Source of the DNA: Macrostomum hystrix
Lineage: Eukaryota > Animalia > Platyhelminthes
Reading direction: 5' to 3'
Assembly: GCA_950097015.1 (NCBI GenBank)
Contig: CATNEN010000038.1
Coordinates: forward strand, 25,358,001-25,422,000
DNA: 64,000 bases
Positions 22,301-32,048 of the stretch are shown here, piece after piece. The notes beneath the pieces are model-generated. The model was not told the origin of the DNA. It searched no databases and worked only from the letters and a program-made list of their open reading frames with translations. The position numbers and the translations under genes are program-made. Position 1 is the first letter of the stretch. Every line of letters starts with the position of its first letter.

Positions 22301-25300
22301 CCCCTTCGATATCAACAAACAGCCCGAGAGCGAGTTGCTTGCTAAGGATGGCTTTCTCAATAGCAGAAGTAATAACATGGAGCGCGTGCTCGGTAGTTTT
22401 ACCAGGTTGGAAAGCGAACTGGTACTTACTAATGGGGGCTGACCGCAGGTCGCAGTCTCGGAGCCTCCATAGAATGAGCCTTTCCATCAGCTTGACGCAG
22501 AAGGAGGTGAGGCTAATGGGGCGGAAAGATTTCACGTTGGTATAGTCGCCCTTCGCAGGTTTGGGGATGAAGACAACCCTGGAGGTTCTCCAGGTGGTAG
22601 GTATGTAGCCTGTAACAAAACAGTCAATGATCAATTTTGAGAGAGCTTCAGAGAAACTCTGAAGTTTAAGCGCCTCCTGTAGGATACAGGGGCTGATCTT
22701 GTCCGGGCCTGGGGCCTTAAAAGGCTTGAAGGAGTCAGCCGCTAGCCTCAGCAGGCTCGGCGAGGCGCATTGCTGAAAGAGGTCGCGATCCTGTGGTCTG
22801 TGGTCGTTCACCACATTTTCGGGGTTTTCAACCTGTGGAAAACAGGTAGAGAATAACAGATTTAAGGATTCTTCTGCGGTGCTGGTGTAGTTACCGTCCA
22901 GATGCAGGAGAGAGTTGCACTGAGCGAGGTTGTCGTGCCTGAGTGACCTGATCAGCCGTGCCGTAGGGTGCTGACCCTCCAGGCTGGCACAGTAGGCCTT
23001 CCAGGTGTTCTTCTTCGCCCGTTGGATGCTGCTTTTGTAGATCCTTAGGGCAGAGTGGTAGTTCTCCCAGTCCACCGGGGTGTTGCTGCTGTGCGCAAGG
23101 CGTTGCAGCCGGCGCGAGGTCTTTTTCAAGCGGGTGAGCTCGGGGTTCCACCAGGGCGAATATTTCTTCCTGTGCTTTACCTTGGGGGCGTTTTCACGAA
23201 TGGCGGTATGTAACAGGTTAGTGAGAGTATTGCAGCGGTTTTCGATGCTGGGCAGATCAGTTCCCTGCAGGGCCTCGGTTGCCTCGGCCAGGAGGTTGCT
23301 TAGGTCTCTGCGGAACCCGGGCCAATCAGCCTTCTTCAGGTTGGGGCGGTCGGCGCAGGGCAGGCGGGATCCTTCGGCGGAGATTCGGTACTGAATGTAC
23401 GAGTGATCCGAGAGCGAGGGTATGTCGTCCCTGACCATCCAGTTCTGGACATGGTTCAGGGCGTTACTAGAGGCCAAGGTTAGGTCTATAACATCACGTC
23501 TGTTAGAAATAACAAAGGTGGGCTTTCTGCCTCTGTTGCAGATATGCATGGTAGAGGCGTTAATGAAATCATGCAGTGTTGTGGGCATTGGCATCACAGC
23601 TAATGATGAGCTTCCTGTTCTCCAGGTTGCAGAAGTCAGCCAGCTCTTGCAAGCGTGGTGGCGGGACCTCCTCCTGGATGTCTAGGTAGGCAGACGCCAG
23701 AATTACGTCGAAAGCAGCGAAGGTACATATGTCCTTAGAGCAGTACATGGGCATCATGGTGACTGGTATGTCACTTTTCACGAGGGCAATAGCCCTAGGA
23801 GTTTCATCGGTACAATAATAAAGGGTTTGGTACCCGTTTGGCAAACAGGCCGGCTTGCCTCTGCGGGTATATGGTTCCTGAATGAGGTAGATATCAACGT
23901 CTTTTCCATCGAAGACGCCGGTTAGATTATTTGAGGCTGCAGTTGCATGATGCAGGTTGATCTGGACAATGTGCAGATTTAGCGCGTTACCAGTAAGCGA
24001 AGAAAGTGTATTACTGGTAGTATTGCGTGTTGAAAGATCATCACTGGGCTGGCCCGTGGGACCCGCCCTCAGACGATCACGCCTCATCATGTTTCAGATG
24101 GCATGATGCTGAGAACATGCTTACGCATCGTTCTCTGAGCCATCCGAGCTCTCGGATTCCCCTCGGCGTCGCTCGCCGCCGGTGTGCCTGCGCCTGGACA
24201 GGATGTGGAAAACGACCTTCCACGCTCCCATGTAGACGGCGAACTCGCTCCTCTGCAGGGCGGCCTCCCATTCGGCAGACAGTCCCATGTAGAGCGTCTT
24301 GCCGGCTGCATCCTTGGCGGGGACCTCCTTGAAGGCCCGGATTCCGTCCTGCGGTAGGTCGGGGTGTTTGCTGAGGAGTCGCGCACGGATCTCCTCGATA
24401 GTTCTCGGGCCCGAGTAGAAGGCTCGGTAACGCTTGCACGGTGGCGGGGGGCGGGCTCGCTCAACGACGATCTTGGGAAGGGCCAAGTCGTCGAGGTCCC
24501 ACTCGATACACTGGAGGCAGGCGAGCGCCTTCTCCAGGTAAGCCTCGTCCTTAAAGGTGAGGATGATATTGCCGTTGGCGTAGCGAATCGACTCGATCTG
24601 AATGTCGAGTGTGTCATTGTCCCAGAGGAAGCTGTCGATCTTGTTGGTGGCAGCTGTCGTCTGGGTCTCGCTCAGCGTTCCGCTTTCGGCGCGGATGCAG
24701 ATTTTAAACTTCGGCTCGGCCGCAACCTTGGCGTACGAGCCGGTGGTCTCTTTGCCCTTTGTTCTTTTCGGGTCAAGGGGGGTGGCGGTGCGGTCATCCG
24801 GCTGCTGCCTCTTCCGCTCCGAGTTTTTCACGTTGGGCCTATTCGGCCGTCGGTGGGTGACGAGGCGGTAGTCTTCGACGGTGGGCTCACCCCGTAGGGG
24901 GGTGGAGTTGAGTGCTCCGGGTTGGAGCTGAGAGTTTACCGCGGCGTTCGCGGCAGTTGGGTTTTCCTCCGGGTTGGAGGGTTGGGGGATAGACGGACCC
25001 CCGTCCGCGGGAATTGACGGCTCCCGAGCCGAGTCAGGATTTGTTGTAGTACTCATGCAGTGCTGGAAAGGTGAGGCGAAAAATATAGAAAAATGGGTGG
25101 GTAACCGGTCGGGGGCTAGATAAACCCCTAGCCAGCTTCCGAGGAAGCTACCCTCCGCCGCGGTAAACAGCATTGGGCTTTGGGTTGCCGTCTTTCGGTA
25201 GGGATTGCTCCCTTGCGAGGCTCGGGCGGCCCCCAGTCCACACTCTGCAAAATCAGGGGCGGGGGCTGGTGGCAGGTTTGGGATAACGGTGCCAGGTCGT

Positions 25301-26865
25301 GTCTGTGGTGTCTCACTGTGGTGTCTCACTCGAAGCACTGTCGTGTCTCACTCGAAGTAATATCGTGTCTCACTCGAAGTAATATCGTGTCTCACTCGAA
25401 GCCTTGTCGTGTCTCACTCGAAGCCCTGTCGTGTCTCACTCGAAGCCTTGTCGTGTCTCACTCGAAGCCCTGTCGTGTCTCACTCGAAGTAATATCGTGT
25501 CTCACTCGAAGTGCTTCCGGGACTCTCTCGAAGCACAACTGTATCGTGTCTCTCATTCACTCGCACTTAAATACAGACTCGTGATCGTATTAAAATCTCA
25601 TAGAACGCATTCGAGAAGAGTTCGTGCAGCGCTACGAGCGTTGGAAAGCAGAAGACGCCGAAGAGGACGATTGGAGAGTCGACATACCACCCAGGGAGCC
25701 TCGAATCCGGCTTAACGAGCAGCTAATTTACCCGGCCAAGCGGGAGCGCAAGCAGAACCGGCGTCAGTACCTGGAGATTACGCGACGACCGGATTCGAAG
25801 CTGGGCACAAAAGCCGTACTTCGACTGCGCGATTTATACACGGAAGACCGCACAGACGCTGACAAACTGTTCTTCGAGGAGCTCGAAAGTGAGCTAAGCG
25901 CCAGGTCTGAGATAGACAGGCAGCAGCAGCAGCAGCAGCAGCAGCAAATGTCCTATGTTCCTGAGCGGCTACCGCAACATCCAGAAGTGTCACCGTTTGT
26001 GACCCAACAGCTGGGCCTGGTGCAAGCAGTGCAAGCACAGGTAATGATTTCACTGTACACTTCACTGGATGAGACTAAAGTAATTAAAATGAGATTTCCT
26101 GTTTCGGCAATAACGCATAGGCCATGCAGAGAATACTCAGTCAGATTGAGTCCACCAGACGTTCGATTCGCTTCTGGGAGGTGCCGGCGAGTGAGTGGAC
26201 TCAGGAGAAGCTCAACGAGTGCCACAAGAGAAGACGATACCGGATTCGTCGACGAAAACAGCAACCTGTTAATTCTGATCCTCAGCTTCAAGAACAAAGC
26301 GCCGAAGATGCCGACGATGAAGAGGCCGCTGACGATGCCGAAGGGAACGAATACACTGACGAATACGCTGACGGTAAAGTTCGCTTCCGGCAGTCTCGTC
26401 AGCGTCGAATGACAAAATGGAAAACGAGTCAGTATACCAGCGGAGAGAACAGCGAGAGCAGCGACGGTGAGTAAAGAGAATCCGCTTCTGTTAGATTAAA
26501 TGCAGTCGATTGTAGACCCATCAACTAACGCGAACACCGCAGGCGAGTCAGCGGCTGCAACTGATGAGAGCGGAGGAGATGAGCGCGACCGAGTGCGCAG
26601 GCGCAGCAAGCGTCTCAGCCGGGGCTTCAATACAGACGACTTCACTAAGCGTCGGCAGTCGCTTCTGAACGAGCTGGACGAGGAGGGCGTCAGCCCCGAG
26701 GAGCGGCAGAGGCGAATGCGAGAATTCGAGAAGGCCTGGGCGGAGGTGCTGAAGTGCAAGTACATTCGCGGCTACGAGCCTCCGGATATGCGCCTACCGG
26801 AGGGTCAAACTGCCACGGACTTTGTGTTCGGCGAAGCGCAGGTACGCCATAAACTCAAGGGATGA
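19355..26865 (+). CDS. Uncharacterised charged/coiled-coil protein (~485 aa; alternative ~548 aa form using exon 27218-27430)
   Basis: Phase-consistent exons 19355-19679, 25604-26040, 26121-26466, 26516-26865 (1458 nt); AATAAA at 26892. C-terminal EVLKCKYIR resembles the C-x-Y-[LI]-R motif of CCDC190-like proteins (weak, from memory). Confidence 0.7.
19713..20235. repeat. 22-bp minisatellite (GTGTCTCACTCGAAG plus a 7-bp variant), left part
   Basis: Variants CACTGTG/CCCTGTC/TAATATC; the array resumes at 25303-25560 after the retrotransposon. Confidence 0.92.
20328..23597 (-). CDS. Retrotransposon ORF2, main part: APE C-terminus, reverse transcriptase, RNase H, C-terminal zinc finger
   Basis: DLTL/SDH (APE), [86 protein letters not shown] (RNase H), CPFC..ETAAH..C. 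Confidence 0.95.
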   Translation of the reverse strand: MMPMPTTLHDFINASTMHICNRGRKPTFVISNRRDVIDLTLASSNALNHVQNWMVRDDIPSLSDHSYIQYRISAEGSRLPCADRPNLKKADWPGFRRDLSNLLAEATEALQGTDLPSIENRCNTLTNLLHTAIRENAPKVKHRKKYSPWWNPELTRLKKTSRRLQRLAHSSNTPVDWENYHSALRIYKSSIQRAKKNTWKAYCASLEGQHPTARLIRSLRHDNLAQCNSLLHLDGNYTSTAEESLNLLFSTCFPQVENPENVVNDHRPQDRDLFQQCASPSLLRLAADSFKPFKAPGPDKISPCILQEALKLQSFSEALSKLIIDCFVTGYIPTTWRTSRVVFIPKPAKGDYTNVKSFRPISLTSFCVKLMERLILWRLRDCDLRSAPISKYQFAFQPGKTTEHALHVITSAIEKAILSKQLALGLFVDIEGAFDNVNFGSFRDTLSDRGVRPSITRWIDFMIRNRSVTSTLMNITCTRAVMKGGAQGGVLTPLLWNLVMDELLTADVPSSVTRAGYADDVAAVVSGPDTSTLRNLLQQFANKAGNWATQHGLKISVTKTVAIVFTRKRKWDMQNLTMYGRNIPFEKETKYLGVTLTHDLRWTKHLGNIIGRAKRCFAQVRRAIGPTWGLTPRTVRWIYTGIIRPSITYASLIWSSVLEQKTARDRLYQLQGSICRAIAGAYPSTPYEGLNTILNMPPLYLFIRAEAMKCAYRLICDKSIKNTPTGFIPDKSLIPHLDYVRRDLAHIHIDPNDVDSQPPSLILRRGFSAVIPDRGSTQLDVGVNQRSQGIHCFTDGSLSNGLAGAGIAIFHEGKALLQESLHLGENTSVFQAEIYAINQCAKHLLNANVSRFNICIYSDSQAALKALSAVKLSTRTVSDCHRDLQSLAVLNRISLIWIPGHSNILGNELADKLAKDGSNPDNNHRPIRVPVPKSLINRTVDRWLNQQHQLHWSSCTDYRQTRMAMPIINRKVSDFLISLNRTDLREMCMVITGHGFFQRHISLQTGCSPTCPFCGIGKETAAHHVTFCPYFDKARNWHLGHPQGMDELTTPDNIRDLRAFVRDTGRMKVADASPANLPTAGVGWAHPQG
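23569..24090 (-). pseudogene. Retrotransposon ORF2 N-terminal apurinic endonuclease, separated from the RT part by a frameshift
   Basis: [27 protein letters not shown] motifs, then a premature TGA. Confidence 0.88.
24121..25056 (-). CDS. Retrotransposon ORF1 (~311 aa, resembles LOA-type DUF4780-like ORF1)
   Basis: ATG at 25056 (MSTTTNPD...), basic patch, SYAKVA motif, globular C-terminal domain, no zinc knuckle; ends 30 nt before the ORF2 ATG. Confidence 0.8.
   Translation of the reverse strand: MSTTTNPDSAREPSIPADGGPSIPQPSNPEENPTAANAAVNSQLQPGALNSTPLRGEPTVEDYRLVTHRRPNRPNVKNSERKRQQPDDRTATPLDPKRTKGKETTGSYAKVAAEPKFKICIRAESGTLSETQTTAATNKIDSFLWDNDTLDIQIESIRYANGNIILTFKDEAYLEKALACLQCIEWDLDDLALPKIVVERARPPPPCKRYRAFYSGPRTIEEIRARLLSKHPDLPQDGIRAFKEVPAKDAAGKTLYMGLSAEWEAALQRSEFAVYMGAWKVVFHILSRRRHTGGERRRGESESSDGSENDA
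25303..25560. repeat. 22-bp minisatellite, right part of the array interrupted by the retrotransposon
   Basis: Same unit as 19713-20235. Confidence 0.92.
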
Positions 26866-27217
26866 TTTAGCATGATCCTCTGCTAGCTTCTAATAAATAT
26901 TCGCTAATTAAACGTATTTGGTTCTGTATTTTTACGATTTCGGTATCTCCACGTCTCACTGAGCTCGATTCAGCGGTGAGGTCACAGTCAAACCAAGAGG
27001 GCCAACCCCCAAAGCAGGCACAGTGATAGTGTGCACTACCTGACGATGCTCAGGTATCAGTCGAATGGGCAGACTGACATCAAGACAATTCGTCACTACC
27101 CACAGACCCCTCCTAGGAAACGAAGCTTTTTTAAAGTCTCATCTAGTCCCTGAATATTCTTAAACTGCGAAACTTAAACTAAAATTATTTGCACTTTTCA
27201 TGATCGTCTATATCTAG

Positions 27218-27430
27218 GCTCGCGTGCTGGAGAAAATTGTGGAAGAGGCTGCGGCGGCGGCTGGTCCAAGCGATGCTGTCGAGGAAGATCAGATGGAGCT
27301 GGAGGCAGCTGGCGAGAGCAGCAAAGATTCGGGCATCCGAATTGCCGATTATCCCCCTAGGCCAGGATGCGATGAAGAAGCCAGCAAAAGTCTTAACCCG
27401 ACAGCCAATCAGCCATCTGAAAATCTATAA
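27218..27430 (+). CDS. Putative alternative terminal exon of the uncharacterised gene
   Basis: Donor GCGCAG|GTACGC (26841/26842, phase 0) joins acceptor TATCTAG|GCT (27217/27218) in frame, giving ARVLEKIVEE...SENL*. Confidence 0.55.
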   Translation, partial: ARVLEKIVEEAAAAAGPSDAVEEDQMELEAAGESSKDSGIRIADYPPRPGCDEEASKSLNPTANQPSENL

Positions 27431-28522
27431 CTTTAAATACGAATTTAGGTTACTAGACAAGAAATCCGTTGTGAAAACCGAATCAACAATTGAGCCAAAT
27501 TGCTAAATACGATTTCGAAGGTTCCGCCGTTACTTCACATGCTTTGTTCTTTCGTTCTCGTTTCGGAGTATTAACTTCTGCATAAATACTGCATGCTTTT
27601 TAAAGAGACAATCTGAAAATATTTATATCGAGTAATTTATTTGTTTGCCTTGTTTGTTTGTATGAGCGACAATTGTGTACTACACATTATTTTTGTACGG
27701 CTTTATGAAAAAAGCTCTCGACACAAAAACAAGTTTTATATTAAGGTAAATATTATTTTGTACATTAAACAAAAAATAACAATAATAATTGCAGGAGAGC
27801 TGCGGACAATGGCACACCATTTGGTGCCACTAGACTAGACGCAGCAAGCGAGGAGGCAATTCTGCCAATTTCGCTGACACTGGTGTACGCTGGTGTACAC
27901 TGGTGTACCCTGACTTTCTCATCGTCAGGCAGTGTACCCCTTCACTGTGCCTTGGAGGTTGGCCCTCTAGGGCGTAAGCCCCAAGCCTTCTCTCGGCGGC
28001 TGCGCCCCAAATAAATGTGGCCTCGCCTGCGGCTGGCTGAACTTAGCACAGGCCTACTCGCTTTCCACTCCCCACTGAACACTAAAGTAGAAGAGGGTTT
28101 GTTCAAATCTAAAGCACTGAGAGAGGAGGCCAGAGCTGTGGTTAATTCAACTCTGACGCAATAGCCAGACACTGTACATCTAGATAGGAGGAGAGGCCGG
28201 GCTTATCGCTGTACACGGGGGTGGGGCTGCCACTGCGGGGATAGGAAAAGAGGCCTGGCCTATCGCTGTGCAATGGGGGGTAGGGGCTACCAGGTTGGCT
28301 AAGCATTTTGGTAAAGGAACCGTTATTACTTATCTCACGCCGCCGCGAGAAGGAAAAGATGGAGTGGGGTGGGTTATTAGCCATCCTTGTTATTTAGTAT
28401 TAACAGGTAATAACAGAATAGCCGCACATGAGGTATATAAAAGCCACAACACTGGAGCTTAAGTCGGGGGGGCATACTGCATCAATGGTGCTGGTGAGAC
28501 GGTTTTTTTCTGCTCTGCCAAC

Positions 28523-29026
28523 ATCTGCCAGCGGCGGTCAGCAGGAACCGTCACCGTGTGCCAGCGGCGGTCAGCAGGAACCGTCACCGTCTGCCAGCGG
28601 CGGTCAGCAGGAACCGTCACCGTCTGCCAGCGGCGGTCAGCAGGAACCGTCACCGTCTGCCAGCGGCGGTCAGCAGGAACCGTCACCGTCTGCCAGCGGC
28701 GGTCAGCAGGAACCGTCACCGTCTGCCAGCGGCGGTCAGCAGGAACCGTCACCGTCTGCCAGCGGCGGTCAGCAGGAACCGTCACCGTCTGCCAGCGGCG
28801 GTCAGCAGGAACCGTCACCGTCTGCCAGCGGCGGTCAGCAGGAACCGTCACCGTCTGCCAGCGGCGGTCAGCAGGAACCGTCACCGTCTGCCAGCGGCGG
28901 TCAGCAGGAACCGTCACCGTCTGCCAGCGGCGGTCAGCAGGAACCGTCACCGTCTGCCAGCGGCGGTCAGCAGGAACCGTCACCGTCTGCCAGCGGCGGT
29001 CAGCAGGAACCGTCACCGTCTGGCGG
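28523..29026. repeat. 33-bp GC-rich minisatellite (TCTGCCAGCGGCGGTCAGCAGGAACCGTCACCG), ~15 copies
   Basis: Nearly identical tandem copies. Confidence 0.95.
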
Positions 29027-29859
29027 TTCGTATAAGTTTCTTATTTTTATTTTTAGGTTTTTTGAGTACAACTAACTGTTAATAGTAATAACTTTTGATT
29101 AGCTACAGTCAAAGCAAATATTTTTGCTGAATTACTCTTCTCGCTCTAAGAAAAGAAAAAATAGTTTTCTGAGTGCAGCAGCGAGTTTTATTCGATACAA
29201 AACTGAGTAAAGAATTTTTGAGCATTTCTGCCAGCGTTTTTAGATTCAAAAATATAAGAAAATACTTTGAGCAAAGCTATTAGCGTTGTTTACTATAAAT
29301 TGTAACGTTTTTTCAAGCATTCTTGCAAGCAGTATTCAATAGGATTAAAAAATAAATGAAGACTGTTTGAGCATACGTTGCTGCTAAATTTTTTTGTATT
29401 CCAAACTAACAAAAAATTTCCAGCATAGCTGCAAGCGTAATTAGATTCAGAACTAGATAAAAAATATGTTGAGCATAGCTAAAAGCGTTATTCTTTTTTG
29501 TTTTTACTTTTTTGAGCATTTCTTCAAGCGGTATCGATTCAAAAATTTATGAAGACTGTTCGATCAGACGTTGCTGTTAGCGTTGTTTTATTTTCGAAAG
29601 TAAAGAAAATTGTTTCGAGCAATGCTGTAATAGTTATTAGATTCAAAACTAGAAGACAACATTTTAATCCTAGCTAATTGCATTACTCTTAAAAAATTAG
29701 CGTTTTTTTCTTTTTTTGAAAGCATAATGACTCGAATGAGAACATGAAACTTAAGAATACCGCTAGATATCTATGGATGATATATCAGGAGAAATTCTTT
29801 CTTCTCCAGGAGAAAGAATGATATTTTGTAGGTAATCGCATAATGCTTTCAGGGAATTT

Positions 29860-30380
29860 TTAAAGAGGGTAGAATGATTTATTAAAGAGGGTAGAATGAT
29901 TTATCGAAGGGGAAGCATGAATTATCCAGGGGGGGAAGCATAAATTATCCAGGGGGGGAAGCATAAATTATCCAGGGGGGAGCATAAATTATCCAGGGGG
30001 GGAAGCATAGCATGATACATCAAAGGGGTAGCATGATATATCAAAGGGGTAGCATGATACATCAAAGGGGTAGCATGATATATCAAAGGGATAGCTTGAT
30101 ATATCAAAGGGGTAGCATGATATATCAAAGGGGTAGCATGATATATCAAAGGGGTAGCATGATATATCAAAGGGGTAGCATGATATATCAAAGGGGTAGC
30201 ATGATATATCAAAGGGGTAGCATGATATATCAAAGGGGTAGCATGATATATCAAAGGGATAGCATGATATATCAAAGGGGTAGCATGATATATCAAAGGG
30301 ATAGCTTGATACATCAAAGGGGTAGCATGATATATCAAAGGGATAGCATGATATATCAAAGGGGTAGCATGATATATCAA
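29860..30380. repeat. Compound minisatellite: ~23-bp AATTATCCAGGGGGGGAAGCATA grading into 21-bp GCATGATATATCAAAGGGGTA
   Basis: Direct tandem copies. Confidence 0.9.
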
Positions 30381-31668
30381 AATGTTTATATTTTCTCGGC
30401 ATCAGATGACAATTGAGATTAAGTTCATCGCCAAAAGTTAACAATCCACGATTCTGTCAAAGCAGTGCAAAAAAGTCGCGAATCTCAGACTCCGTCATGA
30501 GGCTGTTTCCCATTGCTTAGGCTCTCAGCGTTCCTCTGAAGATTCTACCATCACCGATGCGCTTGCACCGATGCGGAAACAGATTGGAGAGAGAACAGGA
30601 TAGTCGCTATTAAAAGTGGCGGTCACAGTTGATGGGGCCTGGAAGACATTTCCTAGGAACAATCCCCAAGATCGTCGCTTGCTGTAGACGACGTGAAACC
30701 CATGCAAGTCGATTCATTCGTTAGGGTCCGCGGACATTGGAGTGTTGTTGGGATGAAATTCCTCGTAGCTGCACTGCCGGCCTGTGTATTCACAAAGACG
30801 AGAGGTCGGTTGGGAACATTATATTCCCAAACGGGACTATGCATGGTGGATGATCCGATTTGATAAATAGCCCTTAACAATACAATAACACGACAATAAG
30901 ACGTTAGAACAATAAGACAATAATTATAGCAGGCGCATATACCAACCTACGATCACCGGGTCGGTGTCCTACCAATCGTTTCAATGTATAGGCCTAGCAA
31001 CGGGCTGAATATAATCAGCGTTGGTGAATTGGAGGATAATTCGAACTTCCGAATATTTTTAATTTGGAGAGGATCGAGATTCCGTCTTAATTCTCACTTA
31101 GCGACCATATTGATAAAGTCTATAAGAGTCGAGATCAACAACTGCGAGATTAATTGCCATTTTGACAGATAAAAAGAACACGGCATAATATTTAATGACT
31201 GACACAAAAAGCTTACACGCATGAATGAACGCGCGGAAAAGTCTGATTGATAGCGTTATTGGTTAGAGTAAATTGATAGAAAAAGTTGTTTTATATTTTA
31301 ACTAGCTCTTCCATGCCCTTACTAATTTAATCTAGCTGTCAATACCCCTGTTGTTGATGCAAATATATTAGGCCAAAAATATAATAAATATCATAATCAC
31401 CGCATTTTTCGCTGCGATATTTGCGATGTATTACATTTTCCGGCTAAATTGTATATTCGGGTGACGGGTGCCTGGCCTCTTTGGGCGCTGCCAATGTATA
31501 TATTTAGAACAGAAAAAATTCCGAATATATATTTTGTGATTTTTTTACTTTTATTGTAAGAATTTTTTGTTCTTTTCTAGTTTACTGTGATGATTCTTAT
31601 TCTGCAATTCAAATAAAATTTAAACCGTCAAGTATATCGTCGTTGGCACGTTGCAGCAAACCATATCG

Positions 31669-32048
31669 ATGTAGGTATTTCCCGAGCGATATTCAAATTG
31701 ATATTCAAAGATTAACAAAAAAAATGTATTGTCATCCAATCGACCTGATTTCTTTTGCAATCTCATTTGTGGCTGAGTGAATAGCTTCCAGTCAATTTTC
31801 AGCTCGAATGGTCGAGTAGAAGTACCCAAAATGAGGATCTTTTAAAATACATTGGGGAGATAGGCGAGCATCAGTTTTTTCAAAATGGTCTTCTTAATCC
31901 CCGAAAGAACTGCATAAAAATTTTCTGCGTTGCAGTTCTAATGGGTGAAAATTTATTCATTTAGTTTGGAGTAGATTCGATGACGATAAAATGTTTTTTT
32001 GTTAATCTTCGAATATCAATCTGAATATCGCTCGGGAAATACCTACAT
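31669..32048. mobile_element. MITE with long TIRs and a 9-bp TSD (Mutator-like)
   Basis: TIR ATGTAGGTATTTCCCGAGCGATATTCA(A/G)ATTGATATTC(A/G)AAGATTAACAAAAAAA (~55 bp, degenerate to ~80 bp); ACCATATCG at 31660-31668 and 32049-32057. Confidence 0.8.

Larger units (their letters stand above)
20236..25302 (-). mobile_element. Apparently full-length non-LTR retrotransposon, LOA/Lian-like clade (I group)
   Basis: ORF1 without CCHC knuckles plus ORF2 APE-RT-RNase H-zinc finger; 3' tail (GTAGTAA)n; TSD (A)CTGTGGTGTCTC at 20223-20235 and 25303-25327; GC-rich relative to the flanks. Confidence 0.92.

Noticed and set aside
23560-23600. Programmed ribosomal frameshift in ORF2
   Set aside because: There is no slippery heptamer and conserved APE residues are missing, which fits a deletion
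25057-25338. N-terminal 94 aa of the 405-aa ORF1 call
   Set aside because: It starts in the flanking satellite and runs through the 5' UTR; the ATG at 25056 is the more plausible start
19713-25560. CRISPR-like array (constant 15 bp plus a variable segment) next to a reverse transcriptase
   Set aside because: The variable part is only 7 bp and reuses a few variants, there are no cas genes, the context is a eukaryotic intron, and the RT is a LINE RT
28428-29082. Repeat-protein ORFs (SASGGQQEPSP)n
   Set aside because: The region is open in several frames because of the 33-bp unit, shows no synonymous variation and has no supporting gene structure
30525-30880. Short minus-strand ORFs in GC-balanced DNA
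   Set aside because: No recognisable motifs or consistent exon structure
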